58,729 nucleotides of DNA from a virus (IMGVR_UViG_3300045912_000522:1-58729), one strand, 5' to 3'; positions 36,359-45,880 are shown, counted from the first letter of the stretch. Translations and numbers: made by a program. Notes: generated by a model from the sequence alone, not told the origin.

Positions 36359-38262
36359 TGACCGTTCACGTCTGCGAGCAGTGGCAGGGAGATGGGTGGG
36401 CGCTCTACTGCGGCGACAGCGCCGAGGTGCTCCAGGGCCTTCCGTCGTCGTCGGTGGGGCTGACGGTGACGAGTATACCATTCAGCTCGCTGTTCACATA
36501 CTCGGCGAGCGACCGCGACCTCGGCAACTGCGCCGACGATGCCGAGTTCTTCGCGCACCTGGGCCACATCACGCGGGAACTGCTGCGGGTGACCATGCCT
36601 GGCCGGCTGGCGTGCGTCCACGTTATGAACCTCGTCACGACGAAGGCGCGCGACGGCGTCGAGGGCCTGCGCGACTTCCGGGGCCACACCGTCCGCCACT
36701 TTGTCGAGCACGGCTGGATATTCCACGGCGAGGTGTGCATTGATAAGGACCCCCAAGCCGCTGCCATCCGCACGAAGGCGAAAGGCCTCCTCTTCGTGCA
36801 GCTCCACAAGGATAGTTCGTGGATGAGGCCGGCCCTCGCCGACTACGTCCTGCTCTTCAGGGCGCCCGGCGAGAACCCGGTGGCCGTGAAGCCGGACTGC
36901 GACAACGAGGACTGGATCCGCTGGGCGCGGCCCATCTGGTATGGCATCGAGGAGACGAAGGTGCTGAACGTCGCCGTGGCCCGCGAGAACGATGACGAGC
37001 GTCACATCTGCCTGGCTCGTGGCTCGTTGGTTCTCACCCGTGAGCACGGCTACATTCCCATCGAAGAGGTGCAGCCCGGCAACCTGGTGCTCACCCACAC
37101 CGGGCGATGGATGCCCGTAACCGGAAAGCGCTGCAACGGGACGAAGCCCGTCGTTCGGCTGTGCGCGCAGGGAGTGGCCGATCTTCGGCTGACGCCGGAT
37201 CACCAGCTCTGGGTTCGGGATGGCTCCGGGTATCACTCCAAGTCTAAGGCGCGCCGAACTGCTCCCGACTGGGTGCCTGCAGAGAACTCGCTCGGGTCTT
37301 ACGTCAACCTCAAGCTCCCGCCAGTCGAGGAAGACGCTCTGACCGAGCACGAGTGGTGGATCGTTGGCCGATGGCTCGCCTGCGGACATCGCGGAGGCCA
37401 CCGTCGAAGCGGCAAGCGTGGCGGCCTGGGGCAATTCTACATCTCGTGTGGAGACGACAAGTTGCGAGAGCTTCTCCAGCACCTCGGGGAACACGCCGGG
37501 CACGCGTCGCGCGTTACGGCTACCCAGATTGCGCTGCGGAACCTAAGGCCCGAGGTTAGGGATGTTCTGGATCGGTGCGGCAACGGGGCTTCGGGAAAGC
37601 GGCTACCCGGCGAAGCGGTTACCCTGTGCCATGAGAAGGCGGAGGCGCTTCTGTCGGGATATCTGTCCGGTGACGGTCACTTCGTCGAGCGGTATGACCG
37701 CTGGTGCGCCTCCTCCATCTCTCGCGCGCTTCTGCTGGGAATGGCGCTGGTAGCGCAGAGGGCGCGGGGTGTAGTTCCGAGCATCTACGCTGGTCGGCCC
37801 GCGCGCAACGGCCAGATCGAGGGTCGCGACGTTCAGATGAGTCAGGATTGGGTCTTCGCCTTCCGATCCTCGGCCGGATACCGCCAATCGGGCTGGATAC
37901 AAGACGACGGGGCCTGGAAGAAGGTTCGGAAGATTGACGACGTGGGCGATACCGAGGTCTGGGACATTAGCGTGGCGGAGGACGCCTCATTCACGGCCGA
38001 GGGGTGCGTCGTAAAGAACTGCCCGCTTCAGCTCGACACCATTGAGCGATGCGTCCGACTCTGGTCAAACAAAGGCGATGTCGTTTTGGACCCGTTCAAC
38101 GGTATCGGGTCGAGTGGCGTAGTGGCGCTAAAGCACGGACGCCGTTACGTCGGTGTCGAGCTGAAGCGGAGCTACGCCGAGGTGGCCGCGCGCAACTTGG
38201 CCGATGCCGAGCGACAAGCGAACGCGCTACGGCTGCCCTTATTCGAGCCGCCGGAACCGTGA
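36358..38262 (+). CDS. DNA amino-methyltransferase (N4/N6, beta class) containing an intein
   Basis: TSIPF motif IV variant, HI(C)PLQLD, LDPFNGIGS SAM-binding; coupled to helicase. Confidence 0.85.
   Translation: MTVHVCEQWQGDGWALYCGDSAEVLQGLPSSSVGLTVTSIPFSSLFTYSASDRDLGNCADDAEFFAHLGHITRELLRVTMPGRLACVHVMNLVTTKARDGVEGLRDFRGHTVRHFVEHGWIFHGEVCIDKDPQAAAIRTKAKGLLFVQLHKDSSWMRPALADYVLLFRAPGENPVAVKPDCDNEDWIRWARPIWYGIEETKVLNVAVARENDDERHICLARGSLVLTREHGYIPIEEVQPGNLVLTHTGRWMPVTGKRCNGTKPVVRLCAQGVADLRLTPDHQLWVRDGSGYHSKSKARRTAPDWVPAENSLGSYVNLKLPPVEEDALTEHEWWIVGRWLACGHRGGHRRSGKRGGLGQFYISCGDDKLRELLQHLGEHAGHASRVTATQIALRNLRPEVRDVLDRCGNGASGKRLPGEAVTLCHEKAEALLSGYLSGDGHFVERYDRWCASSISRALLLGMALVAQRARGVVPSIYAGRPARNGQIEGRDVQMSQDWVFAFRSSAGYRQSGWIQDDGAWKKVRKIDDVGDTEVWDISVAEDASFTAEGCVVKNCPLQLDTIERCVRLWSNKGDVVLDPFNGIGSSGVVALKHGRRYVGVELKRSYAEVAARNLADAERQANALRLPLFEPPEP
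37009..38019 (+). mobile_element. Intein (337 aa) with LAGLIDADG-type domain
   Basis: I|CLARGSLVLT ... TPDH ... LSGYLSGDG ... VWDISV ... VVKN|C. Confidence 0.88.
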
Positions 38263-38483
38263 CGTGCGTCGATTGCGTCCGCAGATACAGGTGGCCGATA
38301 CGAAAGGAGGACACGTTTCCATCTTCCGATGGAGAGACCTGGAAGGGTGGCTAGCCAAGAATGTAGGGCACAGGGTTGAGGGAGGCGCCCCGCCGGCAAG
38401 CTAGACGCCTCCCCTTGACCTGCGGGACAGAGACCGCAGTCGGGCCATTGTAGCAGGCTGCGGCCGGAAGGACAAACAGAAGT

Positions 38484-38783
38484 ATGGCAGCAGCAAGTAC
38501 TGGCATCCATAGCGAACAGACGTTTTCTCACTCGCCCGAGCAGACCTCCCTCGTGGAGGAGATTCGCACCCTCCACACCCTCGCCGATGTCGCGTTGGCT
38601 GCAGCCGCGGACCTTGCGGCCGCGTCACTGGACGCATTCGCGCAGGCCAAGCCGGGGCTGCCCGCCTGGCGCGAGGCCAACGCTCTCGGCACCGCGCTTC
38701 TGGACGCGGCCGAGCAGATGTTCGCGCAGGCGAAGCCGCTTCGCGCCGAGGCCGAGTGCCTCTACCGCCAGTTGGAGCGTTGA
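38484..38783 (+). CDS. Hypothetical helical protein
   Basis: ORF downstream of a TTGACC-type promoter-like region. Confidence 0.55.
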   Translation: MAAASTGIHSEQTFSHSPEQTSLVEEIRTLHTLADVALAAAADLAAASLDAFAQAKPGLPAWREANALGTALLDAAEQMFAQAKPLRAEAECLYRQLER

Positions 38784-38977
38784 GCCCCGAGGAAGAGGCC
38801 GCCGTGTGCCGGGCGAAGGTCCATTACGCCACGGCGGCCGAGGCCCACGACGTGCGCCGTCGCCTGGCCCGACAGAAGTCCAGGCGACGGCGCGGAATCT
38901 ACGTCTACCGTTGCAGGTGCTGCCATGGCTATCACCTGGCGAGACTGCACCGCCCCTATCCCAGGAAGGACGAATGA
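38780..38977 (+). CDS. Small zinc-binding protein
   Basis: C..K..Y....A...VYRCRCCHGYHL pattern; TTGA overlap. Confidence 0.6.
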   Translation: MSPEEEAAVCRAKVHYATAAEAHDVRRRLARQKSRRRRGIYVYRCRCCHGYHLARLHRPYPRKDE

Positions 38978-39210
38978 CCGCAAAACTAACCCTGATCGAC
39001 AGGCTGCTGCGTGTCCTCATTCTCGCGAACGGCATTTGGTTCGCCTTCTGGCTGCTCTCTTACTACGCGCGCGAGGGTGCTCACCTCATCGGCGTGGCTC
39101 TGGCTATCGGTGACCCCTTCGTCTGGTGGGCCACCCTCCACATCTGGCTCGCGGTCGGATACGCGGGCTTGTGCGGTCTGCGCCGCTGGCGCACGAGCAG
39201 CGATCTCTGA
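38974..39210 (+). CDS. Small membrane protein
   Basis: Two to three hydrophobic segments; ATGA overlap. Confidence 0.55.
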   Translation: MTAKLTLIDRLLRVLILANGIWFAFWLLSYYAREGAHLIGVALAIGDPFVWWATLHIWLAVGYAGLCGLRRWRTSSDL

Positions 39211-39233
39211 AATGGCGGCGGCTGCCCCGCCGC

Positions 39234-39407
39234 CTACCCCTTCTCCCTCTGGCGCTCCTTCGCCACCTCCGCGCGCATACGCCTCACCGCGTAGTCCACT
39301 GCCTCCGCGTTCGTGACCATCAACTCCGCCGCCAGCAGCCGTATCTCCTGGTGCGTGCTGGGCCTCACCTTGATGGTCACGGTGGCGATTTCCTTCTCCT
39401 CGGGCAT
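39234..39407 (-). CDS. 57-aa ribbon-helix-helix DNA-binding protein (below ORF-track cutoff)
   Basis: MPEEKEIATVTIKVRPSTHQEIRLLAAELMVTNAEAVDYAVRRMRAE...; RBS GGAGG. Confidence 0.6.
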   Translation of the reverse strand: MPEEKEIATVTIKVRPSTHQEIRLLAAELMVTNAEAVDYAVRRMRAEVAKERQREKG

Positions 39408-39574
39408 ACATCCCTCCTGCGTCAGTTGAGGCAGATTCGTCAGCCGAGATGCAGTTTCCTTGCCAGAGAGCCTGGCTAACCTACCTCTGCTGGTGCGTCT
39501 GGCGCATGGGAAGAAAGCGAGGAGGAATCATCAGATGAATTTGATGAGTAAGGAGAGGCGGCTTTCGACCTGCC

Positions 39575-39648
39575 GACCGGGGAGGCACGTCAGGCGGCAG
39601 TCCTGGGGCTGCCAGGGCGATCCGGGCGCCTGACGTGCCTCCCCGGTC
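39575..39648. repeat. Perfect 22-bp inverted repeat enclosing a 30-nt structured spacer
   Basis: GACCGGGGAGGCACGTCAGGCG ... CGCCTGACGTGCCTCCCCGGTC. Confidence 0.85.
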
Positions 39649-39683
39649 CCTATCTCCCGAGGGGGAGTAGCAAGGAGTGAGAC

Positions 39684-39875
39684 ATGCCGATGCCCAGAGA
39701 CAAATCCACCGTGGACCCCGACGGACCCCTGGCCGGAGCAATCCACACCCTGGAGCACCTCGGCTGCCGAGAAGAGGCAGCCGAGGTGAAGCGGCTACTC
39801 GTCGAGTGGCTGCAAATGCGCGAGCAGCTCGCGAGCGTGCAGGAAGCGCTCGCGAAGCGGCAGACGTCAGGCTGA
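39684..39875 (+). CDS. Hypothetical protein
   Basis: RBS AAGGAG. Confidence 0.5.
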   Translation: MPMPRDKSTVDPDGPLAGAIHTLEHLGCREEAAEVKRLLVEWLQMREQLASVQEALAKRQTSG

Positions 39876-39933
39876 ACGTCTCCTCTCCTGCTGCAGTCGT
39901 GTCGGCCCCCGTCAGGTGGCGGGGGCCTTTCCG

Positions 39934-40773
39934 CTACTGGAGCTGCAACTCAACGGCCCCAACGACGGGGTCCGCCGCGCCGTCGCCGCCTATGGTCACC
40001 AGACGCAAGAAGACATCCGCCTTCGCGTTGGCGTGGAGGTTCACGTACCCATCGGTCTCGACGCCCGTGTTGTCCAGACCGGCCGACGGCCCTGCCGCAT
40101 GGTCGAGGTAGTCCCACGCCATCTCATCCGTCGAGTATTGGATCCGAACGTCGCTGCCGGCTGCGCCTGCCGTCTCGACCTGGGCCACGACCCGCGCACG
40201 AGTGACACGGGTCATATCGTGCCGGCGCCGCCGGTGCGTCTGGCCGTTGAACTCGGTGAGCGCGGCCGGCAGATCCGTGAGCGTCACGGGCTCCAGATTG
40301 AACAGAATGGGCGTGAACGGCGCCGGGTGGATATGGTCCTCGCGGGCGAGTTGCTGGCTCGTGCCGATGGCGGCTGCCGTGCCCAGCGGCTGCGGCGCGG
40401 TGTCCGCGTGGAGGGTGAGCGCTTGCGTGGACGAGAGCAGGACGACGACGCCCTCCGCCGGCACGGGGAAGAAGGTGCCGCTCCCGATCCGCACCCGGAT
40501 GACCTGCCCCGAGGTCGTCAGATTGCGAAAGAACGTCCGCTTGTTGACGCTCGCGTGGAGGCTGATGTCGGAGGCCCCGGCCGGCGTGCCCGTCAGGTCA
40601 ATCCAGTCGTTCTGGCTCTCATCGAGCGACAGAGTGACCGTGCCCGTGATGGCCTTCGAGAGGTAGCCGGCCGCCGCCTGCGCGAGGTCGGCCATCGCGC
40701 TGTTCGCCTGCGCGGCATGGTTGGCGACCGCCTGCTCTATCTGGGTGAAAGCGACGATTGGATCGAGAGCCAT
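39934..40773 (-). CDS. Tail fibre/minor tail protein
   Basis: Last gene of tail operon; GTAAAIGTSQQLAREDHIHP fibre motif. Confidence 0.65.
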   Translation of the reverse strand: MALDPIVAFTQIEQAVANHAAQANSAMADLAQAAAGYLSKAITGTVTLSLDESQNDWIDLTGTPAGASDISLHASVNKRTFFRNLTTSGQVIRVRIGSGTFFPVPAEGVVVLLSSTQALTLHADTAPQPLGTAAAIGTSQQLAREDHIHPAPFTPILFNLEPVTLTDLPAALTEFNGQTHRRRRHDMTRVTRARVVAQVETAGAAGSDVRIQYSTDEMAWDYLDHAAGPSAGLDNTGVETDGYVNLHANAKADVFLRLVTIGGDGAADPVVGAVELQLQ

Positions 40774-40876
40774 TGTTCAACTCCTCTTGATACTCCGACT
40801 GCAAAGTTGTAGAACAGGGTATGAACCGCGTGTATGCCTTGATTGACCCGCGCACCGAGAGAATCCGCGGCGACGA

Positions 40877-43126
40877 TCACAGAACAGCTTCCAGCTTAAA
40901 TCCGCGCCCCATTGCGCCCAACTGATAGACGCGGATCCCGATGGCCGCCTGCGGGGAACCGAAGTCCGTCGTCTGGTCAGCGGCGGTATACGTGAATGCC
41001 TCGTCGGTCAGCCCGGTGAAGGTGCGCTTCAGCGTCGTGAACCCCACGTCCCACGCTTCGGCCTCATAGGCTTCCGTGGCTTCGCCGAGGTCGCTCTCCT
41101 TGAAGTCGGCCCATTCGCCGCCGTAGCGCGTCCGCCTCATCCACGTCACGTCAAGGTTGTTGGACCCGTCGCGCTCACCGCGCAGGTCCGCACCGGAATA
41201 GGGCCGCAGCTCGTCGCCCGTGATTTCGAGGTCCACGGCGGGCGCGGAGGCCAAGTCGTTCCCGAAGGTCACTGCCTTGAGCTTCACGGTCGCGTTGATG
41301 AGGCCTTCCCCCACCTCGACGCGGATCGCCGCACCTCCGAGCTCCACGAGCACGAACCGCTCGCCGTTCGCGTGCGTGTCCCAGTAGATGTCGGTGCCGC
41401 GCTGGCCGCGCAGCAGGCGCGACAGACGGTAGGTGTCGCCTCCCAGTGGGGTCACGTTTACAAAGCCGATCAGCTCGTCGCCCACCATCGCCCGGTTCGC
41501 GCCGTTCAAGACCTCGATATCTGTGGCGGCCACTGGCGCGCCGTTGGTCATGGTGACATCTACCGTCGAGACGGTGTCCCATATTGCCGTGCCAACCGTG
41601 TCAGGTGGCGCAGGCAGCGTCGTCGCGGTGATGCCGAAGTCGGAAGGGTCTTCAATCGTGTCCAGGATCTCATACGTCGCGCCTCCGTCCCTCGACCAGT
41701 AAAGCTGGCACCCCGGCCAGACGCCCTCACCGTCCGGGCCGGCGGCCGCGTAGAACCCGACCGTGTTTGCCTTCGCATCCTGGTCGCGCAGCGCCGGACT
41801 GCTCCACGCGTGGAGCACCGTCACCTCGGCCGTCCCGATGTCCGGCGTCGAGGGGCTCGTCGCTCCTGCAGCCTCCTGCGTCAGCACGTCGGCGTCGTCG
41901 AGGGCCGCCTCGATGGAGAGGGGACCGAAGAGCGCGATGTCCATACCGACGAACCGGACGCGCGCCGTCGTGCCGAGCACAGGGATGTCCCACACATCTC
42001 CGGGCGTCGAGATGAGGTATTTCGGCCCCAGCCGGAAGACGAACTGCTCCCGCTCAACCCACTGCTTGTAGACGAGCTTCTCGATGATCCGGCGCGCCTC
42101 GGTCCCCGTGAGCACGAGCGGCGGTGAGAAGGTGACGCGCTCCTGCAGGTGCGTCTTCGTGAAGCGCTCGCTGCCCTGCTCCGCCTGCTCGTAGTCGTTG
42201 TCCAGGTCGAAGTAAGTGATGTCGCCGCCGGAGGGCAGCTCCAGGTCGTCGAGCCGCTTCACCTCCACGGAAGGCCCCACCTGCTCTCCGAAGAAGCGCG
42301 CGCCGAGCTCGCCCTCGGGGATGGTGCCCAGCGAGGCGCCGCCGTAGACGCCGGCCTTGAGCTTCCCATCCGCCTCGTAGAGGAACACGTCATAGGCCCG
42401 CAGGAGGTCGGCCACCGCCGACGCACCGGAGAGCCGCTGCGCGATGACGAAGCCGGTAATCACCTTCACCTCGGCGGCCGAGAAGTCGTAACGGTCGGGC
42501 GTCAGCCCAGACCGGCGGGCGACGTGCTCCAGGATGCAGCCGACGGTGATGGGGGCCGTCGTCAGGTCGCATGAGGGCGCGAACGCCTGCAAGGTGGCCG
42601 GGAGAACCGCCCAGACGGCGTCGATGGCCTCTCCGGGCAGAATGATGGCTTCACCCGCGAGCAGCGTTGCCGGCAGCACACTCCAGCCGGCAGAGACGGC
42701 GTTCGCCGCCACCTCTGCCTCGCCGGGGTCGAGACTGGCGGTCAGCACTGCCCAGCCGGCGGAGACGGTGCTCGCGTTCAGATCCTGCTCGGTGTTCGGT
42801 GCCAGCAGGGTCGCCGGAAGCACCGCCCAACCGGCCGCGATGGCGTCTGCCTGGACATCGGCCTCGCCCGCGTCCAGAGTGGCGGCCAGCACGGCCCAGC
42901 CCGCGGAGACGGTGCTCGCGTTCAGCGTGAGGACGAGCGTGGCGGCCAGCACGGCCCAGCCAGCGTCGATGGGGGAGGCGTCGAGTGTCGCCTCCCCTGC
43001 CTCCAGGGTGGCGGCCAGCACGGCCCAGCCCGCGGAGACGGTGCTCGCGTTCAGATTGCCGTCAGGCTCTTGCTCGAACCCGCCGAGGGCGAACCCACCG
43101 GGAGGTGCTGTGCCGAGGTTCCCCAC
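40877..43126 (-). CDS. Tail-tip protein: repeat N-terminus fused to C-terminal part of GTA megatron/J-like central fibre
   Basis: VLNGANRAMVGDELIGF, YRLSRLLRGQRGT, TWMRRTR, IRVYQLG..GRG motifs. Confidence 0.8.
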   Translation of the reverse strand: MGNLGTAPPGGFALGGFEQEPDGNLNASTVSAGWAVLAATLEAGEATLDASPIDAGWAVLAATLVLTLNASTVSAGWAVLAATLDAGEADVQADAIAAGWAVLPATLLAPNTEQDLNASTVSAGWAVLTASLDPGEAEVAANAVSAGWSVLPATLLAGEAIILPGEAIDAVWAVLPATLQAFAPSCDLTTAPITVGCILEHVARRSGLTPDRYDFSAAEVKVITGFVIAQRLSGASAVADLLRAYDVFLYEADGKLKAGVYGGASLGTIPEGELGARFFGEQVGPSVEVKRLDDLELPSGGDITYFDLDNDYEQAEQGSERFTKTHLQERVTFSPPLVLTGTEARRIIEKLVYKQWVEREQFVFRLGPKYLISTPGDVWDIPVLGTTARVRFVGMDIALFGPLSIEAALDDADVLTQEAAGATSPSTPDIGTAEVTVLHAWSSPALRDQDAKANTVGFYAAAGPDGEGVWPGCQLYWSRDGGATYEILDTIEDPSDFGITATTLPAPPDTVGTAIWDTVSTVDVTMTNGAPVAATDIEVLNGANRAMVGDELIGFVNVTPLGGDTYRLSRLLRGQRGTDIYWDTHANGERFVLVELGGAAIRVEVGEGLINATVKLKAVTFGNDLASAPAVDLEITGDELRPYSGADLRGERDGSNNLDVTWMRRTRYGGEWADFKESDLGEATEAYEAEAWDVGFTTLKRTFTGLTDEAFTYTAADQTTDFGSPQAAIGIRVYQLGAMGRGFKLEAVL
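42585..43060 (-). repeat. Tandem coding repeats (LNASTVSAGWAVLAATL-like, about 7 copies)
   Basis: Near-identical nucleotide copies, e.g. GTGGCGGCCAGCACGGCCCAGC three times. Confidence 0.85.
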
Positions 43127-43127
43127 A

Positions 43128-44120
43128 CTAGGTCACGCTCCAGTGATACACCGTCAGCGCGATGTCACGGTTTGGTGTGTTGGAATTCGTAGACCGCAGG
43201 GAGAAGCCAAACTGGTTTGCTGCTCCCGCCATATGGGCCGTGCGCCCCTGCGAACGTATGGTGAACCATCGCTGCCCATCGGGCGAGACCTGGAACAGAT
43301 GGTTGGTGTTGTCGTCTGTTATCCTCCACCATTTGGGCAGATCGTAAATGGAATAATTCTGGTCCCCGCTGGTGCTGGGACTTGAAGTGTTAGCGGCGAG
43401 ATTCGCTACGATGACTGGGAAACTGGTGCTGCCTGCACCGTGGAAGCCGAAAAACACGAGCTTGCCCGTTGAACTCTCCCTCAAAACCAGCCCTGCGTTC
43501 AGATTGTTCTTGAGCACCGCCAGAATATCCATGTAGACCGTGAGAGTCCAGGGTGCAGAGGGCACGCTCTTGATGAAGCTCCTCCAGTTACTGGCGGTCC
43601 CATCGCCGGACTTCTCCAGGGTCAAGGCCCAGCCGTGATTGGTGGCAACGGCGTCCCCCTGGTTGTCCCACGAGAAATCGGCGAACGGGGGCGCCGTGAA
43701 CCGTTGGAGCGGCCCCCAGTTGCTCCACGCGCTGCCGTCGTCGAGCGAAATGACACCGGCGTCGGTGGGGAGAAAGAGCCGGTTGTGGACACCTGCTGCC
43801 GGACGGCTCCCATACGAGGAAGTGCGGAGGATGTGTGAGCCAACGGCGATGAGGCCCGATTTCGTGACGACGTGGCGCACGTCGGCGCCGTTGCTGTGGG
43901 AAGCGGCTGTCGAGCCGTCGTCTCCGCGCACGACGGTCAGCGTGTTGCCGCTGCGCGCCGTGACCTTGAGATACTCGTCGTCGATACGGATACGAAACGG
44001 CCCGTCCGTCGTCGCCGGCAGCGCGCCCCCGTTGGCCACGTCGAAGGATGTCTGCGCGTTGTTGATGTTCTCGGTCAGCGTCGTGGCCGCTGGGTCGTTC
44101 TGGTAGCCTTCCAGTGGCAT
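43128..44120 (-). CDS. Minor tail / receptor-binding-like protein
   Basis: IDDEYLKVTARSGNTLTVVRG..TAASH N-terminal module plus lower-GC beta-sandwich C-terminus. Confidence 0.65.
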   Translation of the reverse strand: MPLEGYQNDPAATTLTENINNAQTSFDVANGGALPATTDGPFRIRIDDEYLKVTARSGNTLTVVRGDDGSTAASHSNGADVRHVVTKSGLIAVGSHILRTSSYGSRPAAGVHNRLFLPTDAGVISLDDGSAWSNWGPLQRFTAPPFADFSWDNQGDAVATNHGWALTLEKSGDGTASNWRSFIKSVPSAPWTLTVYMDILAVLKNNLNAGLVLRESSTGKLVFFGFHGAGSTSFPVIVANLAANTSSPSTSGDQNYSIYDLPKWWRITDDNTNHLFQVSPDGQRWFTIRSQGRTAHMAGAANQFGFSLRSTNSNTPNRDIALTVYHWSVT

Positions 44121-44123
44121 GGG

Positions 44124-44693
44124 TCATACTCCATTCGTGTGGATGTCCAGGATACGCGCCGCGTCGAGCACCTCGTTAGCGAACCAGACCTCATCGACAT
44201 CAAAGCCGGTGCTGGGCAGGTTGGTGCCCGAGATACGGAATACGTCGCCCGGTGCGGCGGGCGTCGAAAGGTCCACGCTCGGAGACGGCAGCATCTCGAC
44301 GGCCACGCCGTCGAAGTAGACAATCGAGCTGCCATCGCCGTCGAACGTCCAGGCGATACTGTGCTCGACGCCGTCCTCGGGTATGCCGTTCAGCTCGCCG
44401 AAGACCGAATGGACGGTGACGGAGCCGGACGTCGGGTGCAGAATACCCCAGATGTCGAACCAGGGGCTTCCCGTAAAGCGGTCCACGAAGAACTCATGAC
44501 GGGGCGTGTTGATGGTGGCCCGCCGAGGGAACCCCTGCGCCACAATGCGGAACCGGAACCCCATCGAGAAGTCCGGCCCTCGGAACCGCATATCGGTGCC
44601 GATCGTCGTCACGGCATTCGACCAGCAGTCAGGCAGGATTGCGCTGCAACGAAGCCCATCGCCAAAGGTCATCGCTACCGGCTCAAGTGGCAT
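44124..44693 (-). CDS. LamG/ConA-like domain fragment
   Basis: HSIAWTFDG..VYFDG..DVDEVWF..L; in frame with upstream ORF across a TAG. Confidence 0.55.
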   Translation of the reverse strand: MPLEPVAMTFGDGLRCSAILPDCWSNAVTTIGTDMRFRGPDFSMGFRFRIVAQGFPRRATINTPRHEFFVDRFTGSPWFDIWGILHPTSGSVTVHSVFGELNGIPEDGVEHSIAWTFDGDGSSIVYFDGVAVEMLPSPSVDLSTPAAPGDVFRISGTNLPSTGFDVDEVWFANEVLDAARILDIHTNGV

Positions 44694-44702
44694 CGGCTCC
44701 CT

Positions 44703-45440
44703 CTACATTTCGCACTGGATCTCCTCTTCGAGGTCGAAGCCCTCGGCCGTGCCCGCGTTCTGCAGGAAGGCACCCTGCTCGAACTTGTAGGCCAGGAGCA
44801 TATCGCCTCCCGCCGGCTCTACCGGGCAGACCTCGAACTCCAGACTAGGGAGCCGATTGCCATAGGGCGCGAGCGGCATATCCTCAAAGGTGACGTAGCA
44901 CCAGCCGCGGTAGGCCGGCACGTTGCCCACCCCCTTGAAGCTCTCGATGAGGGGGGAGGGGTTCTGCGTCTCCGTGCCGGTGTAAATCTCAATCCAGTCC
45001 GGTTGCGGGATAGGAGTCCCCGAGAGCCCCTCCGGGTCCATCAGGAGCCGGTCCTCCGCCCAGATGCGCCGCACCTTGCCCACCGGCCCCTCGCACACCA
45101 GCACGGCCAGGTTGGCGAAGTAAGTGTAGTTCTTCTGGGTCTGCTTGGGACCGCCCTTGCCGCCGACTTTCTTCTTCGTGATGCGCTCTTCGAGGTCGGT
45201 CGCCCAGATGACGACACCCCCGACGCGAGCGCACCCAAAGACGATGGGAATGATGGCCCCGTAGGCGGAGGAGGTGAGCCGCAGGTCGTCGAGCTTGCCG
45301 CGCTCCTGGGGCTTCAGCTTCGGCGGGAAGAGCACGCCCGCGAGCGTTGCGCCGACGGAGAAGCCGAACTTCGCGCCGCTCCCGCCACCGACGACGGAAC
45401 CGGCGGCCGCGCCCAGTCCTCCCAGAACCAGGGTAGCTAT
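44703..45440 (-). CDS. N-terminal part of GTA megatron/J-like tail-tip protein (apparent ATA start)
   Basis: ATLVLGG, SAYGAIIPIVFG..RVGG.VIW, CEGPV..VRRIW, VPAYRG..YVTFED.PL..YGNRLPSLEFEV. Confidence 0.8.
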   Translation of the reverse strand: MATLVLGGLGAAAGSVVGGGSGAKFGFSVGATLAGVLFPPKLKPQERGKLDDLRLTSSAYGAIIPIVFGCARVGGVVIWATDLEERITKKKVGGKGGPKQTQKNYTYFANLAVLVCEGPVGKVRRIWAEDRLLMDPEGLSGTPIPQPDWIEIYTGTETQNPSPLIESFKGVGNVPAYRGWCYVTFEDMPLAPYGNRLPSLEFEVCPVEPAGGDMLLAYKFEQGAFLQNAGTAEGFDLEEEIQCEM

Positions 45441-45880
45441 GATGCACCTCCCAGCCCGCGCCAGCGATAGACGCCCCGAATGCGCCGACGCCACCTGGCG
45501 TCGAGCGAGTGCTCGACGACGCGTCCCGGCGTCTGGTATGCATGAAGTAGGCGGCCAGGTTTTTGCCCAACAGGCACTTCTGTGACGATCGCCAAGTGCT
45601 GCGTTCGGCCCCGTATCTCCATCAAGAGCACGTCCCCCGCCTGCACGCAATCGCCGCAGCAGACCGGCCGGCAGAACTGTTCCAGGCACGCCCGCAGGTG
45701 GGCTTCGTCCGGCTGCCGGGAATAGTGGGTGTCGTCCCAGTCCGTCAGCCCCAACTCGTGAGCCACACAGAGCACGAGGCCCGCGCAGTCCACCCCGTGT
45801 CGCGAGCGGCCCAGGTGGACGTAGGGAACTCCAAGGTAACTCCGCGCTTGGCGGGCGATGTCGGCGCCGGATACGCTCAC
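45437..45880 (-). CDS. NlpC/P60 tail peptidase
   Basis: ARSYLGVPYVHLGR..GVDCAGL, QHLAI, HAY. Confidence 0.88.
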   Translation of the reverse strand: MSVSGADIARQARSYLGVPYVHLGRSRHGVDCAGLVLCVAHELGLTDWDDTHYSRQPDEAHLRACLEQFCRPVCCGDCVQAGDVLLMEIRGRTQHLAIVTEVPVGQKPGRLLHAYQTPGRVVEHSLDARWRRRIRGVYRWRGLGGAS

